This document shows, piece after piece, positions 1 to 13,951 of a DNA stretch of 64,000 bases. The position numbers and the translations under genes are program-made. Each line of letters begins with the position of its first letter. Positions within the stretch are counted from its first letter, which is position 1. The notes below the pieces were generated by a model that saw nothing but the letters and a program-made list of their open reading frames with translations, searched no databases and was not told where the DNA came from. This DNA comes from Eledone cirrhosa (lineage: Eukaryota): NCBI GenBank assembly GCA_964016885.1, contig OZ024742.1, positions 297,538,001-297,602,000 on the forward strand. The letters run 5' to 3'.

Positions 1-1544
1 AAATTCTTCCTTTCATCTCTCAATCTCCATATAAATTTCAAGAGAGCTCTGTTAATTTTTCAAAAGGGGTTTAATGTAATGTATTTTTAGTGGCTATTTG
101 TTAATGAATAATCTGCAAATCCTGTGTAGATGGCTGAAATAGTTGCTGTTGTATTTTCCCTGTGGCTGATTATTCATATACAGCAGAGTACTCAATAAAA
201 GCTATTTCTTTAGTTACTCTAGTTCTACACAATCATTCTTGATAATACTAGACATGTTTAAACTGAATGTTGTAAAAATCCATAAAATAATAAGTACATG
301 TCCAAAATCATCAAAGTAAAGTTATTCAGAGTAGTAGTTAAGGTGTTGGGCTCATAAGTATAAGATTATGAGTTCAAATCCCTGACAAGTTAGCCTATTT
401 GAGCAGGACATTTTATTTCATGCTGCTGAGAGAGAGAGTTTCATAAAAAAAGTGCTGAGCACTTGAAGTGATTGGAAACTGTTGCAGAGAGAAACAAAGT
501 AAGACAAGGGATATAGTAGTAAGGAATTATCTGAAGAAACTAAACCCCATGAAGGAAATGACATAGGATTGTGCTCACTGGTGATATGCTACAATATAAA
601 AAACCCAACTGCCAGTACAAACATGGTGACACTAAAAGTAAAAGGAGTGAGAGGCTAGAGGCTACAGTGTTTAGCAATCAAATAATGAAGGAATTGATAG
701 AACTCTTTAATTTGGTCTAGCATGCAACAACCTTTCTAGTGTTGTTGAAACTACAAAATGCACCCTGTCTACTCTGTAAATTTCTAGTGCTGGTGTCATG
801 AAAAATGTGCCCAGTATTCCCCGTAAGGGATTGGCATTAGAAAGGCTATCCAGCCATAGAAACTATGCCAAATATAGAGTATAAGGATCAAGAATGGAAT
901 GCAGATGTAAAATAATAATTACAAGCAAGGTATCAATTTTAGGTGTTGCTTAGAATGTTACACAGTGTGAGTGAATCTGTATTCAATTCACATAATTTAA
1001 CCTACTACTACATCAGGTTTAACTAAATGGATGGCAGCATATTGCCATACTGATATGCTGCAAGCTTAAATGATCATTACTTAATTCATAATACATGATG
1101 CTGATGAAGATAATGTAGCATAATTAATCTGTTTATAAATAATAACTGCTAGATTTGATATCAATTAAACAGTTTATGGAAATAGCTGAAGGGTGGTTTG
1201 AAAAATCTATGCCCTTGTAGCTGAGGTGTTACAGCATAAGATTGTTAATGGTATATTTAGGCAAAATCAGGAAATGATAATGGGACACTCCTCGTAAACA
1301 TAAGAGTCAATCTTTAAATGATGTCTTCATGTTGTACAGGTAAAGTGGAGGAGAAAAGTTATTAATTTTTAAAACTTTGTGCTATTCTGACTTTTAGTGC
1401 ACTGAATTCAAATCCCATCCTGGTCATCTTTGTCTTTCATCCATTTGGGATCAACAATTAAAATACCAGTCCAGGGTGGACTAGTAGAATTATTAGACAA
1501 TTGGATAAAACATCTCGCAATGTTTTTTTCTAGCTCTTCGGGCA

Positions 1545-2520
1545 TTCATCATCATCATCATTTAACGTCCATCTTCCACACTAGCATGGGTTAGATGGTT
1601 TTGTTCCATTTGATGCGGGAATGGTCAGGAGACCGTGTTTTGCTCATACGGAAGTGCCTCTGGCAGGTTTTCTATGGCTAGATGCCCTCTTCCTAACACT
1701 AACCACCTTTGCAGTGTGGACTGGGAGCCTTTTTACCATGTCTCCTACATGACCACTTTACAGTGTGGACTGGGTGCTTTTTGTTGTGTCATCAACACAA
1801 TGGACAGAAATGGGAGGATGGGGTAGAGTGTGTAGGGTGGGGTGTATATTGGGTTAAGAGGTGCCTACTGACTAGGTTTGTATGCAAGGGAAGGCAGGTC
1901 TTCTGTACATCTGCATGGTGCCAAAGTTCTCAATCCAGTGAAATTGTCTTAAAGAGGTGTAAATGAGCAAGGTCAGTTTTTATCACCTCGGCCCAGGTGT
2001 TTCTTGGTCTACCCACCCCATAGCTTTCATCAATTTTCATTGTTCTGCACTTTTTTTATACAGCTGTCATCCTTCATACGCATCACATGGCCATACCAAC
2101 GCAATCTCCTCTCCAGAACACAACATTTGATACCTCTTATGCTTAGTCTCTCTCTCAAATGGTTTATGCTTCACCGTTTGCACACATTACTATTACACAT
2201 CCATCGGAGCATGCAAGATTCATTTCTTTCCAATCTATGCAAGTCTTCAGCACACAATGCCCAGGTCTCACTACCATATAATATCGCTGTTTGTATACAA
2301 GCATCATACACTCTGCCTTTCACTTTTAGAGAAAAACCCCTTGTAGCCAACAGCGGTATTAGATCTCGGAACTTTTTCCATCCTGTTCTAACTCTGGCTA
2401 CTACACTTTCAAAGCACCCCCTCCACTGCTGATTTTGTCACCTAGGTAACGGAAAGTGTCTACTATTTCTATAGAACCATCTGGGCAGTTGAAGGAGATA
2501 GCATCCAGTGGGTCCTTGCT
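1545..2520 (-). mobile_element. RTE-clade LINE, 5'-truncated (RT C-terminus + 3' UTR + (GAT)n tail)
   Basis: Minus strand reads ..EIVDTFRYLGDKISSGG..RVRTGWKKFRDLIPLL..KGRVYDACIQTAILYGSETW..MLRWMC..RRLRWYGHVMRM..GRPRNTWAEVIKTDL, with stops and frameshifts. Ends GGACGTTAAATGATGATG. ORF 2004..2432(+) is its antisense. Confidence 0.92.
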
Positions 2521-3600
2521 ACTGAGCATCGGCCACATATAAAATCTAAGTTTAAATCCTATTGTGACTTACTTTGGTGGTATTCTGAATTTGTCACAGT
2601 TTTGGTTGTATAGCATCCACAAGTAAGATGCATAAAACATAATTTGCTAATTATTAATTATATATGAAACAGAAATGGAGGTAAAATGCCCTGCTTTATA
2701 AGCTGAACATTTAGTCATAAAAGCTGAAAATAAACATTTTAAAATCAATTCCATAATCTTTAACTTCACGCCTCTTCATTTGATCCCTGGCACTTGCTCA
2801 CACTATGTGACAAAGTCTGCTGCACATTTCAGAGCTCTCTCTAATAAAAGATATTGCCTATGATGTCAAATAGCTCTGAAAATAATTTAGAAATTTTTTT
2901 TTTTTTAAATAATTTTCTTATTAAGTTGGTGCTTGGAACATATCTTATGCAGAATTATGAAGGAAGGTTTTAAGATAAATAGAATTATTAGGAATTAGTA
3001 TTGGTGCTCAGAAATAGCGATGTATGTATGAATGTAGGGAACAAAATATTTTGATTAAAAATAATGAGAAATAATTAACTGATTATTATAATTGTAACAC
3101 AATAACGGAAAAACAGTTATGATAGAAAACGTCATTTGCTTCATATTATTGCAATCAGAAGATATTGTATTTTCTGATGATTTATAAGAAATACTCTGTA
3201 GAAAATTTAGAAGAATTTAGTATGTTTTACAATTGAGTAAAGAAGTATCAACTTCTTTCAAACTTTGACTATACATAGACCCTTGATTCTTCAATACTAA
3301 GGTCGTCTTATTGAAATAAACTATTTACTATATGTTTCCTTGTATTAATTCTGAAATAAATTTCACATTACTTAAATTTTCTGGAATAATTTGTTAGGAA
3401 GATCCACCAGTGGGAATCGAAATCATGACCTTCAAATTATCAAGGAAGGCCAAGTCATTATTTTTCTACGAATGCAAAATAATCTATTCGTGGGGAACAA
3501 ACGTGTGAATATTTGGCATGAAAAATAGATTGGTTGAAACTAAGACAACAAATATCATTCAGAGTATGATACTCATGCATATTTTAACTGTATATAAATA

Positions 3601-3640
3601 CTAGACCACCCGTGACCTGTTGGGTCACGTTCGCATAAAA
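3601..3640 (-). mobile_element. Helitron 3' terminus
   Basis: Minus strand: hairpin CGTGACC-caaca-GGTCACG, 6-nt spacer, then CTAG followed by T. No 5' end identified. Confidence 0.65.
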
Positions 3641-5441
3641 ATGTATTTTTTTAAATCATGTTCACTTAAACAATTAAAATATACACAGACATGTATATAA
3701 GGTAAAATGAAATTGGAAGGCCCATATATATATATATATAGAGTGCTCAACTGGCATACTGCCTATGGATGCATCCAAGCAACCTTACTACAAATATATA
3801 TATATATTCGGATTTAGTATTTCTAAAGAAATACAGTATGTTTATAAAGATAAATGTAAACAAAAGCACTCCAAGAAACTGCTATCCACAAATACAAGCA
3901 AATATTCATATACTTAAAATCAATCTGACCCACGAGATACATACCACACTATACATAATGTAAAACATATCACATCCTTCAGAGCTTTACCCAAATCTGT
4001 CCAAACATAATAGCAACCAAACCTACAACAATGTTATGGAAGCCAGCTTAATAAAAGTTACGTATGTTCATAAATCCCTTAAAATTCTTGATTATTTTCA
4101 AAATTATTTTCACATCAGAGGTAACCTTTCATTAGAAATATGGTAACAAAAGAGTCAAATTAGATAGGTTATTACGATTATAGAGTATTTGACATGTCAC
4201 CAACTTTCAAGATATTTTACTGGAATAGGAACCTCATAAGAAAATTCTTCCCATTGAGTCAATACTCCTAGCTGCACTACCATCCCTACAGTACCAATAT
4301 TGGATTTGATCAAGGTCACAATGTAGGTATAAAGTATAAGCTTTCAGGTCTAAATCACTATCAGAAAAAACAGTGGAAAAATAATTTCAGCAATCACTAA
4401 CCATGCATTAATTTACCTCATTAAACATTTTCATTATAAAAATTATTCATTTTTGTATTTGTTTTGCATACATTCTTTTTATGTGAAACTGTCTGTTGTA
4501 ACCAGTGTTGTTGTATTTTGGGAGGGTCATTCTACCAATTAAAAATATACATGGTGGTTGTGTTCTACGAATATATTGTTAGTTCACCTTTTTATTGTTA
4601 ATTATCTTAATCTCCAATTGATTGACAGAGCATTGATAAGGTCACAGTAGCAGGACAAAAATGTTTTGACAAACTGATTTGGTTACCAATAAACAAGTGA
4701 ACTACAATCAGTGTGTATTTAATTGACTAAATGACCCTCACAAAATACAAGGTTATTTTCATAAAATGCTATAAAGATATTAATGAAGTGCTTAGATTTT
4801 ATCAATATTTATGGGACATGGTCCAGAGAACTGAATGATAATTTTATATGAAAAACAAAAATCAATTATATAAAACATATATGAATGTGACTAATTTTGC
4901 CAGTTCTATATAATAAGTATTTAAGCTAAAGGGTTAAGTAGCTTAACAGTTGTATTTACATAATTTATGCTATTTTTCTCATTTCTTCAGTTTGTTTTAT
5001 TGACAAACATTTCAATGTATCAGTAACCCTGTGCATATGATTTAGAACATGTACATCATATCCCCTGTGTCAAGCTGAAAAATATTGCCTTAAGCTGGAA
5101 CACATTAGATATTTCAATAAGATTTCAGAGTTTATTCTCAGAAAACTTCTAAAACTGCACAAATCTCTAAAGCAGTGATTTAACCTAGTGTTTGATATTC
5201 TCTGAGTCTGAAAAGTGTATGTAATGACGATTTTTAACATTTTATGAGTGATGTCAGTCCTTTGTTCATCATTACCATGTAAGTGCATGCAATATTTGAC
5301 TCAAAATGTAATATTACAACACAAAATTAGATTCAAAACTATACAAGTAGAGGTCAAACTGCATGCAAAAACTAATCACTGTGAAATGAAAAAACTGAAA
5401 TGAAAAAACTCCAGTGGAGATGAAGCGAGAGTGTATTTGAA

Positions 5442-5617
5442 TACACATAAAAATGAGAAACCTCATCATTAGAATAGCCATTAAATCAGCGAAATGCTGT
5501 CAAAGACATCAATGGGCAAAATTAACTCAGAGAGACAAGTGGCCAGTGGTCGACATAGACAGCATTTGGTTGTTTAAACAGCTGTTCTAGCAATGAGGTT
5601 TCTCATTTTTATATGTA
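5442..5617. repeat. Imperfect ~60-bp inverted repeat (MITE-like hairpin)
   Basis: 5442-5501 TACACATAAAAATGAGAAACCTCAT..AAATGCTGTC pairs with 5558-5617 GACAGCATTT..ATGAGGTTTCTCATTTTTATATGTA. Confidence 0.75.
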
Positions 5618-6552
5618 ATCACTGTGATTTTTTTAATGTCTATTTAATGATATTCTACTATTTTACTAGCTTTATATTTCTGGTGATTTAGTTAATTACA
5701 TAAGAGATGACTGCTATCAGATAATTAAAGAGATTCCAATGAAACATATCAATGCATTTGCATTTATAAACCCCATTTCTACTATGCATTAAGGGTTTTA
5801 ATAATTAGTGATAAATGCATATGATATATGTATGGGTTCATGTATGTATATGTTGTGTGCATCATGTCCTTGCAAGTAACAGAACAGAATAGAAGAACTA
5901 GAACTTGGTAGGAGTACGCCCCTTTAAAATCTGGTTAACTAGAAAAGATTTGAGGCTAAATAAAAATGATTTGTCTTTCAAGTTCACATTAGATATCCTT
6001 TGCTATAAAATCCCATTGTTTATCATATTGATATTTTCTGATTAAAGATCTTATTGCTTTGTAAATTGAGGAAATAGCTGATTAATGTCATATTTTTCTT
6101 ATAATAAGCTGGGAAAGGTAATATCATTGCAAACCAATCTCCAAGAAACCATTGTTTTAGGAGTAGAATGACATAACATTCAAGTGTAAGGTTCAAAATA
6201 CGAGAAGAGGAAAAGGAATGATGGAAGAAAGGTAGAGCAGGATATTTTGAGAATAATGGAAAAAAGGAATTGAATAGAATGTATTGAAAATGTACTTAGT
6301 AGACTGCTTGTAAAACAAAGGTTATTGTTGAAAATATGTAATTAGCTTGTATAAATAATGACTTTAGAATGGATATAACCATTTAGAATAATATAATCTA
6401 AAAATTAAGAGAAGCACTCAGATAATGAGCGAATGAACATACAACATCAGAATTATTAACATACTTTTAAATGTTACTATGAAATGTTCAATAAATGTTA
6501 TCACCATTTCTTTTTTTTATTAAATCATGAACAAATAGGTTCTTATCACATT

Positions 6553-6738
6553 GTGGATTGGCAGTATTGGTAGAGAGTCGGACGCCATGCTTTCCAGCAT
6601 AGTTACGTCCCTTTATGGTTTGAGTTCAAATCCCTCCGAGGTTAACTTTGCCTTTCATCCTTACGGGGTCGATAAAATAAAGTACAAGTAATATACTGGG
6701 TAATTGCTGGCCTTGTGCTAAAAGTAGAAACAATTATT
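6553..6738 (+). mobile_element. SINE family A (tRNA-like head, core GCCTTTCATCCTTACGGGGTCGATAAAAT, ATT tail)
   Basis: A-box-like TGGCAGTATTGG, B-box GAGTTCAAATCC, more than 12 homologous copies in the window. Confidence 0.9.
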
Positions 6739-7256
6739 AAAGAATGTTTGTAATTTAATAGAATTAGGTTAGAAATTGGCAAAATTGCAAGTTTTGGTGT
6801 AGAAAATACCTGCATTCTGAATTTAGATCCTGCTAAGATCAACTTTAGAGCCAGTCAAGGGCAATGAGTTAGCAGAAGAGTTAGTTTCAGGTGGAATTCT
6901 TTACAGTATTTATTTTGATTCTTTGCATTCTATGTTCTTCAGGCAAAGACATAGCCCATTCTCTACTTTACACAACCAACTGATACTTGGGTGCCTTTAA
7001 CAGATTCCACTCTATTACAAATATTCAGGTCTCATATCTGTTTTGAGGATAACTTCCTTCCTTCAATCATGGAGGCATTGAAAAAAACAAGACAAACGGT
7101 CATGAGTTTCAGTTTGAGGACCCCTTAGTGAAATTATTAATGCACTCACACAGCATTCAAGAGATGTGGAGTTCGAATCATCACAGGCACATCTATCCAC
7201 TTTTCCTGCCACTAAGAGTTATTTACACAATTTTAACAACTATTAGTTATAGTGAA

Positions 7257-7435
7257 GGGCGGTGAATTGGCAGTATCAGTAGAGGGTCGGACGCCATGCT
7301 TTCCAGCATAGTTATGTACCTTTACAGTCTGAGTTCAAATCCCATCGAGGTTAACTTTGCCTTTCATCCTTACGGGGTCGATAAAATAAAGTACCAGTAA
7401 TGCACTGGCCTTGTGCCAAAAGTAGAAACAATTAT
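7257..7435 (+). mobile_element. SINE family A with 10-bp TSD
   Basis: Full copy; TTATAGTGAA at 7247-7256 and 7436-7445. Confidence 0.92.
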
Positions 7436-7734
7436 TTATAGTGAACAACTATTATTATATTCCATAGTAGAAACAATTATATTCCATATATTCCATTTAT
7501 GTTGAGATGACTACATTTCAAATTTTCCCAATGTTTCTTTCCAAACCTATGTTCATATGTTTCTTTTCTGAAGAGAAAAATGACTAACTTCAAAGTCTCA
7601 GTTCAGTCATTTCATCTGGCAGACATATGAAGCTACCAAGTAGTCCAAACCAGGCCATCAGTCCAGTGGCAGAGATTTCAAGTTGATGATTAGTTCATGT
7701 TAATGCTGGCACTAATAATGTTGATGATGAAAAG

Positions 7735-7890
7735 CGAAACAATACCTATAACAATAGGTGTACTGGGAATGATAAAAAAAAACATAGACAGATACATAAC
7801 CTAAACCCCAGGAATTGTTAATATATACAGCATACAAAAAGTAGCACTACTAGGAACTGTGCACACATATTACAAAGAGTACTCTCAAAG
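7735..7890 (+). mobile_element. R4/Dong-like non-LTR retrotransposon C-terminal fragment
   Basis: TIPITIGVLGMIKK..IQKVALLGT/HILQRVLS matches the P.VIGALG..QK.ALLGTA.ILR.VL tail of RLE-type elements. Confidence 0.7.
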
Positions 7891-10019
7891 AGTAGAAATA
7901 ACATAGCTAGTAATAGTAACATTTTGTTTTATTTTCATTTCTCAGTATAATTCATAATTATATTTTTAAGATTTTGAATTTATTTCATCAGTTTGAGAAT
8001 AATTTTTGATAACAAATCATAAAAAAATCCTTTGTTCCATTCTTTTGGTAAATGATTTTATCTAAGATGATGTGTTGGGTGGAAATGAGAAACAAAACAT
8101 ATTATATCCTAATTGAATTATGAGACATTTTAAATACACATGATGTTATATTCAAATCTTTTAGATTACTTTAAAATTTTATTTTTTATTTTACTATTTA
8201 CAGAGGGGAATTTGCATAGAGAGTGAATTGGTAAAAGTGTATTGGATTAAATACTTCATTTTATTATTTGTTCAAGTCAATTTTGCTTTTCACCCTTACA
8301 GAGTTGAGAAATAGTGTCAGTCCAAAGCTGGTGGATTAGCAGAATTATTTAAGCACTGGAATTGTAGAAATCTTCCTGCTCGGTACATTCTCAATTCAAA
8401 TCCCATTTCTCTTCAACTTAAAGGCAGAATAATCACTCCTGTCACCAGAAAAGTGGTAATGATTTTGATATGGCTTCTATAGTTGGATTCCCATCCTAAT
8501 ACATTACAGGCTGTATTTCATACATTTTATCATGGCACCATAACTAAAGAGGTTGTCATGTTCTCAGCTAGACGAAAGAGTCTTTTCAATCCTATGTTGT
8601 CTCTGTTCATTTGCGAACCACTTTACATGGTATACTGGGAGTATTTTATGAGGAGATTTCCTTATACAGTACAAAACTGATGTAGTCAAATATAGTAAAA
8701 TTATCATAGTATGAATCATATTTAGAGTAAGTCAGTATGTCTTGAGGGATGGAGCCTCAAGAGAGTACATTTTGTTACAAGCATTTGAGCTTGTGCTGCT
8801 ATCAACTTTAAAAGTATGCAATATTTTGACAGATTCTGTGACATGATGTACCACTGGATTTTTCAGTGTGTTTCACAAACTGAGGCTGTTGTTATTTAAA
8901 TCCAACTTATCACTGATTGTACAGATCTATGATATAAAGCAATCCGACCAGGGACATTGCACATTTTCTTTCAAAATTTATTGTGTCCATTTATTTTTAA
9001 GATAGTAGGGTATGGTTCAAGAAAAAAGTGGCTGTTATTTCTATTAGAATGTGTGATCATGTAGATATTCCCTTGAGAATATTAACTGATTCATCTGGTT
9101 TATTCAACACAAACAAGTAGATTATATAAGGTTTTATTTTCATACAGCTGTTCCAATATTCTTTAAAGATGTTTTCTATAATCCCTTGTATGTGTTTTTA
9201 TTCAGGTATATAACAACTTATGCAATATACTATTACAGTTACGTTCTTGTATTCAATATATAGTTTGGTTTATACAAATCCTACAATCTTCTCTACATAA
9301 TTTAGAAGTGCAAGCCATAAAGGTTCCATTAGAGTCTGTTTATTATAACCATGGCAATGATTACACCACTCTAAAACTTCTACATGTTGATATCTGTCAC
9401 AATATAATGCTGCAACATATTGTAACATTTGTTGTTATATCAATTGTTATTATTGATATGGCAAGAATACTTTTAAATACAGCTATAGTTCTTTCTGGTT
9501 AGGTCTGAAGCAAATTTTCATTTGATCCTCAGAAGATAATCTGACTGTCATGTGAGCTATGATACAATCTCAACTCATTACAGATAGTAGACAATGCAAA
9601 GTAAGATTAACTTCTATCAACAGGATATGCATTATTACTGATCTATTTAAACTATATGTGATTCAATAACTGACTTCTCTTTCATGTTATTAGCAAAAAA
9701 CTCCAATACAACCAATATAAATTTACTCAACCATTAAATGTAATAAATTCAAATGTACTTCTCTTCACATAATCTCCATTTATTATCATAAACTGATTTA
9801 TTCAAATGTTTCTCTTGGCCAGAAGGAAACAGCCTTCTTCAGATGCATGCTGTATTTAGTAATGTTCTCAGAATATTTTGAACTGAACCTTTTATTCCAA
9901 CTAAGGCGATAATGTTTACATTCCCTTATGGCTTGAATAAAGTGCTCCATTCAAACTCCCAAGAACATTATCAAATACAACAGATACCTCCCTGAATAAG
10001 GCAAGAGGTGATCAATGAT

Positions 10020-10112
10020 TGCTTTTCATCCTTATGGGGTCAATAAAATAAAGTACCAGTAATGTACTGGGTAATTGTTGGCCTTGTGCCAAAAGTAGAA
10101 ACAAATATTATT
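10020..10112 (+). mobile_element. SINE family A, 3' half
   Basis: Core plus GGCCTTGTGCCAAAAGTAGAAAC tail. Confidence 0.85.
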
Positions 10113-12329
10113 ATAAGAAACAAGATGAAGACACTACTCTATCAATTATAGACTGTTTAATCTTGTTCATATCATCATCATCATCATCTAACGTCAATTC
10201 CATGCTAACTAGGGTTGAATTGGTCATCACAGAAAACCTCAATACTTAATTGGAACCATTGTCCTCACAGACAGGCCAGACATGCTCTTGTATTTAACAT
10301 GGTACAGCAGGTGCCTTTTATCCTAGCACCAGCACTAGGGTTGTTATGTCTTTGACCCAGCTAAACATTCCTCTCTCAACCTATTGTTAGGTGAGTTTTC
10401 TCTGGCTAGATGACCTTCTCATCACCAACCACTTTACAGAGTGTACTGGGTATGTTTTATCCTGTCAACAGCATTTGAGAGATTGTTGTGTTTTTAACAC
10501 AACTGGAGAGTCTTCTTGACCATATTTTGAATGGTTTCTTATTTTATTTCAAATTAACCTTTTAATAGGAAACTAGATACTGAGGTCATAAGTGCTGGGC
10601 TATTCACTGGAACGTGATTATTACAACCTATGGGAAGACAGTGGTTTGAATAAATCAATGGATAAACAGTTGTTATTGTTAAAGATAAACATAAAGACAT
10701 ATTTATAATAAATACACAACAATAATTCTAATATATTTTCAAGATAACCTTTCTATTGTAGAAAACTTCAGTAAATGTGTTGACCATATATTTTATTAAT
10801 AGAAATCCTTGTAATATTTTCACAGAAACTGACAGACGTAAATGTCCGTACATAAAAAAAGATATTTTACTTTTCCAAAAAGCTTTCATGGAAAATAATG
10901 ATAGATTTCTTTATTCTCCAATATTATGCTAAGACATGCAACTGAAACTCTCTGTAATTGCGGTTAGTAATGGTCATAGAATCTTTTTTCATTTATATTG
11001 AATATAGCTTGCTATAGCAGTATTATTAGAATTGGTTGGACAAGACTGTTGTGTGAGTGCTTCTATCATGAGTCAGGAACTTAACCTTTTTGATACCAAA
11101 TTATTTGGAACTAACTCAGGTCCAGAGATACAAAGTTGTTTATTTCAAAATGTTTAGGTTTATCAAAAAGCTTTCCATTGCAATTTTATGTCAGAAGCTT
11201 TGTTAAAGTATTTTCCAAATGGTATATGTATATATAAGTTTGAGTGGTGTCAAGAGGGTAGGGGCTTAACCACAGTTAAATAAGGCATTCAATACGTTGT
11301 TAGAGTATAGGCATGTACAATATTAAGGATTAGAACTTTTTTCATATGTATGAAATCATCATATGAATGAAACAGTTCTAGTTCTTTAGAAATCATTTCC
11401 ATATAGTATATATATATATATATAAACAGTATACCCTTGCATATTTATGGTTCAGGATTTACTATCTTGGTTATTCGTGGAAACCACCTCATATTTGCAG
11501 AATGGATCACATCCAATATTCACAGTTTTTTCACTCTTCACTGGTGCTCTAGGAATGTAACTCCCACAAATACCAGGGGACAACTGTATTTATATATATA
11601 TACAGTTGCCCTCTTCGTGAGCTCCCTTTTTTTAAGTAAAAATAAATTCAAACACACACGCACACACACACACACACACACAAGCACACAAATAAACATA
11701 CATATCTTTACTTTCTTTATTTCAATAGAAAATTTGAATTCTGACACCCCAGCGAACTAACCATATTCACTGAACCAGAACAATTCTCCCATCCCATATC
11801 TCTTGACCATTATCTTTTGCTTGTCATAAAATTCTCTAAAAAGGCTACAGAATAGATTTCCAAATAACGAAATTTAATGAAAACTTGTTCACGTGACAGC
11901 CATAATTTCATTTATAACCAATCAAATTACGTTTATTAAAAAAAAGCCTTCGTGAGCCCCTTTTTTAAAGTAAAAAGAAATTCAAACACTCATATATAAA
12001 AAAAACAACCTGTGCCCTCCCCCTCTTGTTTGAAGAACTTTGTAACGCAAACTGGCGCGAAATTTATTATAATTATTGACCAACCAATCAAATTACTTCT
12101 CTAAAATCCTGGCATTTCGAGCCACTTTTTTCCATATAAAACAAGTAACATTCAGAGACCAACCAGATGTGAGAAAAACCACAGACCCTCCATCTCAACT
12201 CTACTTTTGAAAAGCAGAAGAACTGCGAAACCGGTAAAGGAACCAAATAAATATATATATTTTTTTTTAAAATAAGACTCCAGTTGCATTTTCGATTTCA
12301 TCCTTTTTTTTCTTTATATATATATATAT

Positions 12330-12645
12330 CTCGTTTCTGAATTTGTTTAGCAAGATTCTTTATTTGAAAACGTGTGTTGAAACCGATATTGTTATGCTTT
12401 GGGAGGGTCATGTTGCCAATAAGAAACACACGTACCAGTTGCTTTCACTCCAATTTATTATAAGTTAAATTTATAAATTTAAGAATTTATAAATTTATAA
12501 ATTTCCGGTTGGTTGGTTCCACAACCGGACGGTTGTTCATATATTGTCAAAGTTCTTTCGTCACACATTCTGTGACCTCTTCAGTGACTAGGGATTCTTT
12601 TCTTTGTTTTTGTGCCTCTCCTTTGTTCTGCCCTACGCCATCTTG
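12330..12645 (-). mobile_element. Solo PLE pseudo-LTR (homologous to 54355-54670), between (TA)n tracts
   Basis: Colinear close match to the 3' end of the GIY-YIG element at 54355-55190; contains a hammerhead. Confidence 0.85.
12544..12590 (-). ncRNA. Minimal type I hammerhead ribozyme (family 2)
   Basis: Minus: taGTCA CTGAAGA g GTCACA-gaatg-TGTGAC GAAA gaac TT TGAC. Core intact, 4-bp stem I, predicted CUU site. Confidence 0.7.
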
Positions 12646-13735
12646 TATATATATATATATGGTGAGGGTTTAGTTAATGTTTTGGGCTTGTAGCAGGATG
12701 GTAATTAGATGGATACAGGAAAATATATTTATTTATTTATGTCAGTTTCTACATTTTAGTTCCCAATTCTAATTTACTTATTCTACTTTTAAGTTTTGGG
12801 ATTGAATGGTGAATTTTAACACTGTGTATTTGAATATAATTAAACTTTACTGATAAAGCTCACAGGCCTAAAGTGAAACTGCAATGGGTCAGAGTGAATC
12901 TATGGACAACTATATTGTTCAGGTAGCTGGAACAAACTAATTGTACCGCTCTCCCAACCTCTCTTGCATTAGTTTGGTTAAATTTATTTTATTGCTGGTT
13001 CTGAATTTAATGGTTTATTCTGAATTATGTTTTCTTTACTGCGTTTATAGAGTGAACATTTCAGCTTTCAGTTAATTTTAGTTTAACTTTATTTTCTTTG
13101 TGGTCAGTGGGTTTTGTGATGCATTGTCAACAGCCATCAAGTATGAAGCATCTGTCTTTATTTTTAGCCACAACGACAGAAACTGGATATTCAGGACAAC
13201 TGTGACCTAATGAACTTTGTTCTTTTAGTATCAGTATAGTGGGTCGGTTTTTATTATGTTATTGTCTTTCTATGAAATGTTTAAATTTGGTTTCGATTTA
13301 TTTCTTGGTTATGAGTTTCAAGTTTTGTTGATTAGACATGAAATATTTGGTGGCTGATTTAATTGAGTTGGACGTCTGTTTATTGTATTAAAGTTGTATG
13401 TTGTGACTGCATAATTGTATTTTTGTGGTGACTTTTGGTTGATTTTGATGTGTGACATTCATTTACTATTATTCTGTTGTCAGGTGGGATTTGAGAAAAA
13501 CATTTTATATATATATATATATATATATAACGTTGAAAGAGCTAGCTTAAAATACTTGATTATTTTCAAAAATGACACTAGGCAGTGTATTTCATTCTAA
13601 ATATGGTAACAAAAATGTTAAGGACTCCAACGCAGTACTACAAGTGTCTAAAGCTCTTCTCACATCAGTAAACTGAACTAATTTAAGTACTAAGTGATCT
13701 GGACCTTAAATAGATGATATTATGAATGGTTTCAG

Positions 13736-13951
13736 AGGGTGGTCGATTGGCAGTTATTGGTAGAGCATCAGACACCATTATTTGAAGCATAGTTATGCCC
13801 CTTTATGATCTGAGTTCAAATCCTGCTGAAGTTAGCTTTGCCTTTCACTTTTATGGAGTTGATAAAATAAAGCACCAGTAATGCACTAGGGTTGATTTAG
13901 TCAACCTTCCGCTCCTCCCAAATTGCTGGCATTGTGCCTAATTCGGAAATC
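13736..13951 (+). mobile_element. SINE family A (long form) with 17-bp TSD
   Basis: ATTATGAATGGTTTCAG at 13719-13735 and 13952-13968. Confidence 0.92.

Noticed and set aside
2004-2432. 142-aa + strand ORF
   Set aside because: Antisense shadow of the RTE LINE.
3167-3207. CTGATGA..GAAA..TA hammerhead-like match
   Set aside because: Stem II is only TT/AA and stem I is weak poly-T/poly-A; expected by chance in AT-rich DNA.
12845-12890. CTGATAA..GTGAAACTGCA hammerhead-like remnant
   Set aside because: Core mismatch and no convincing stems or cleavage triplet.
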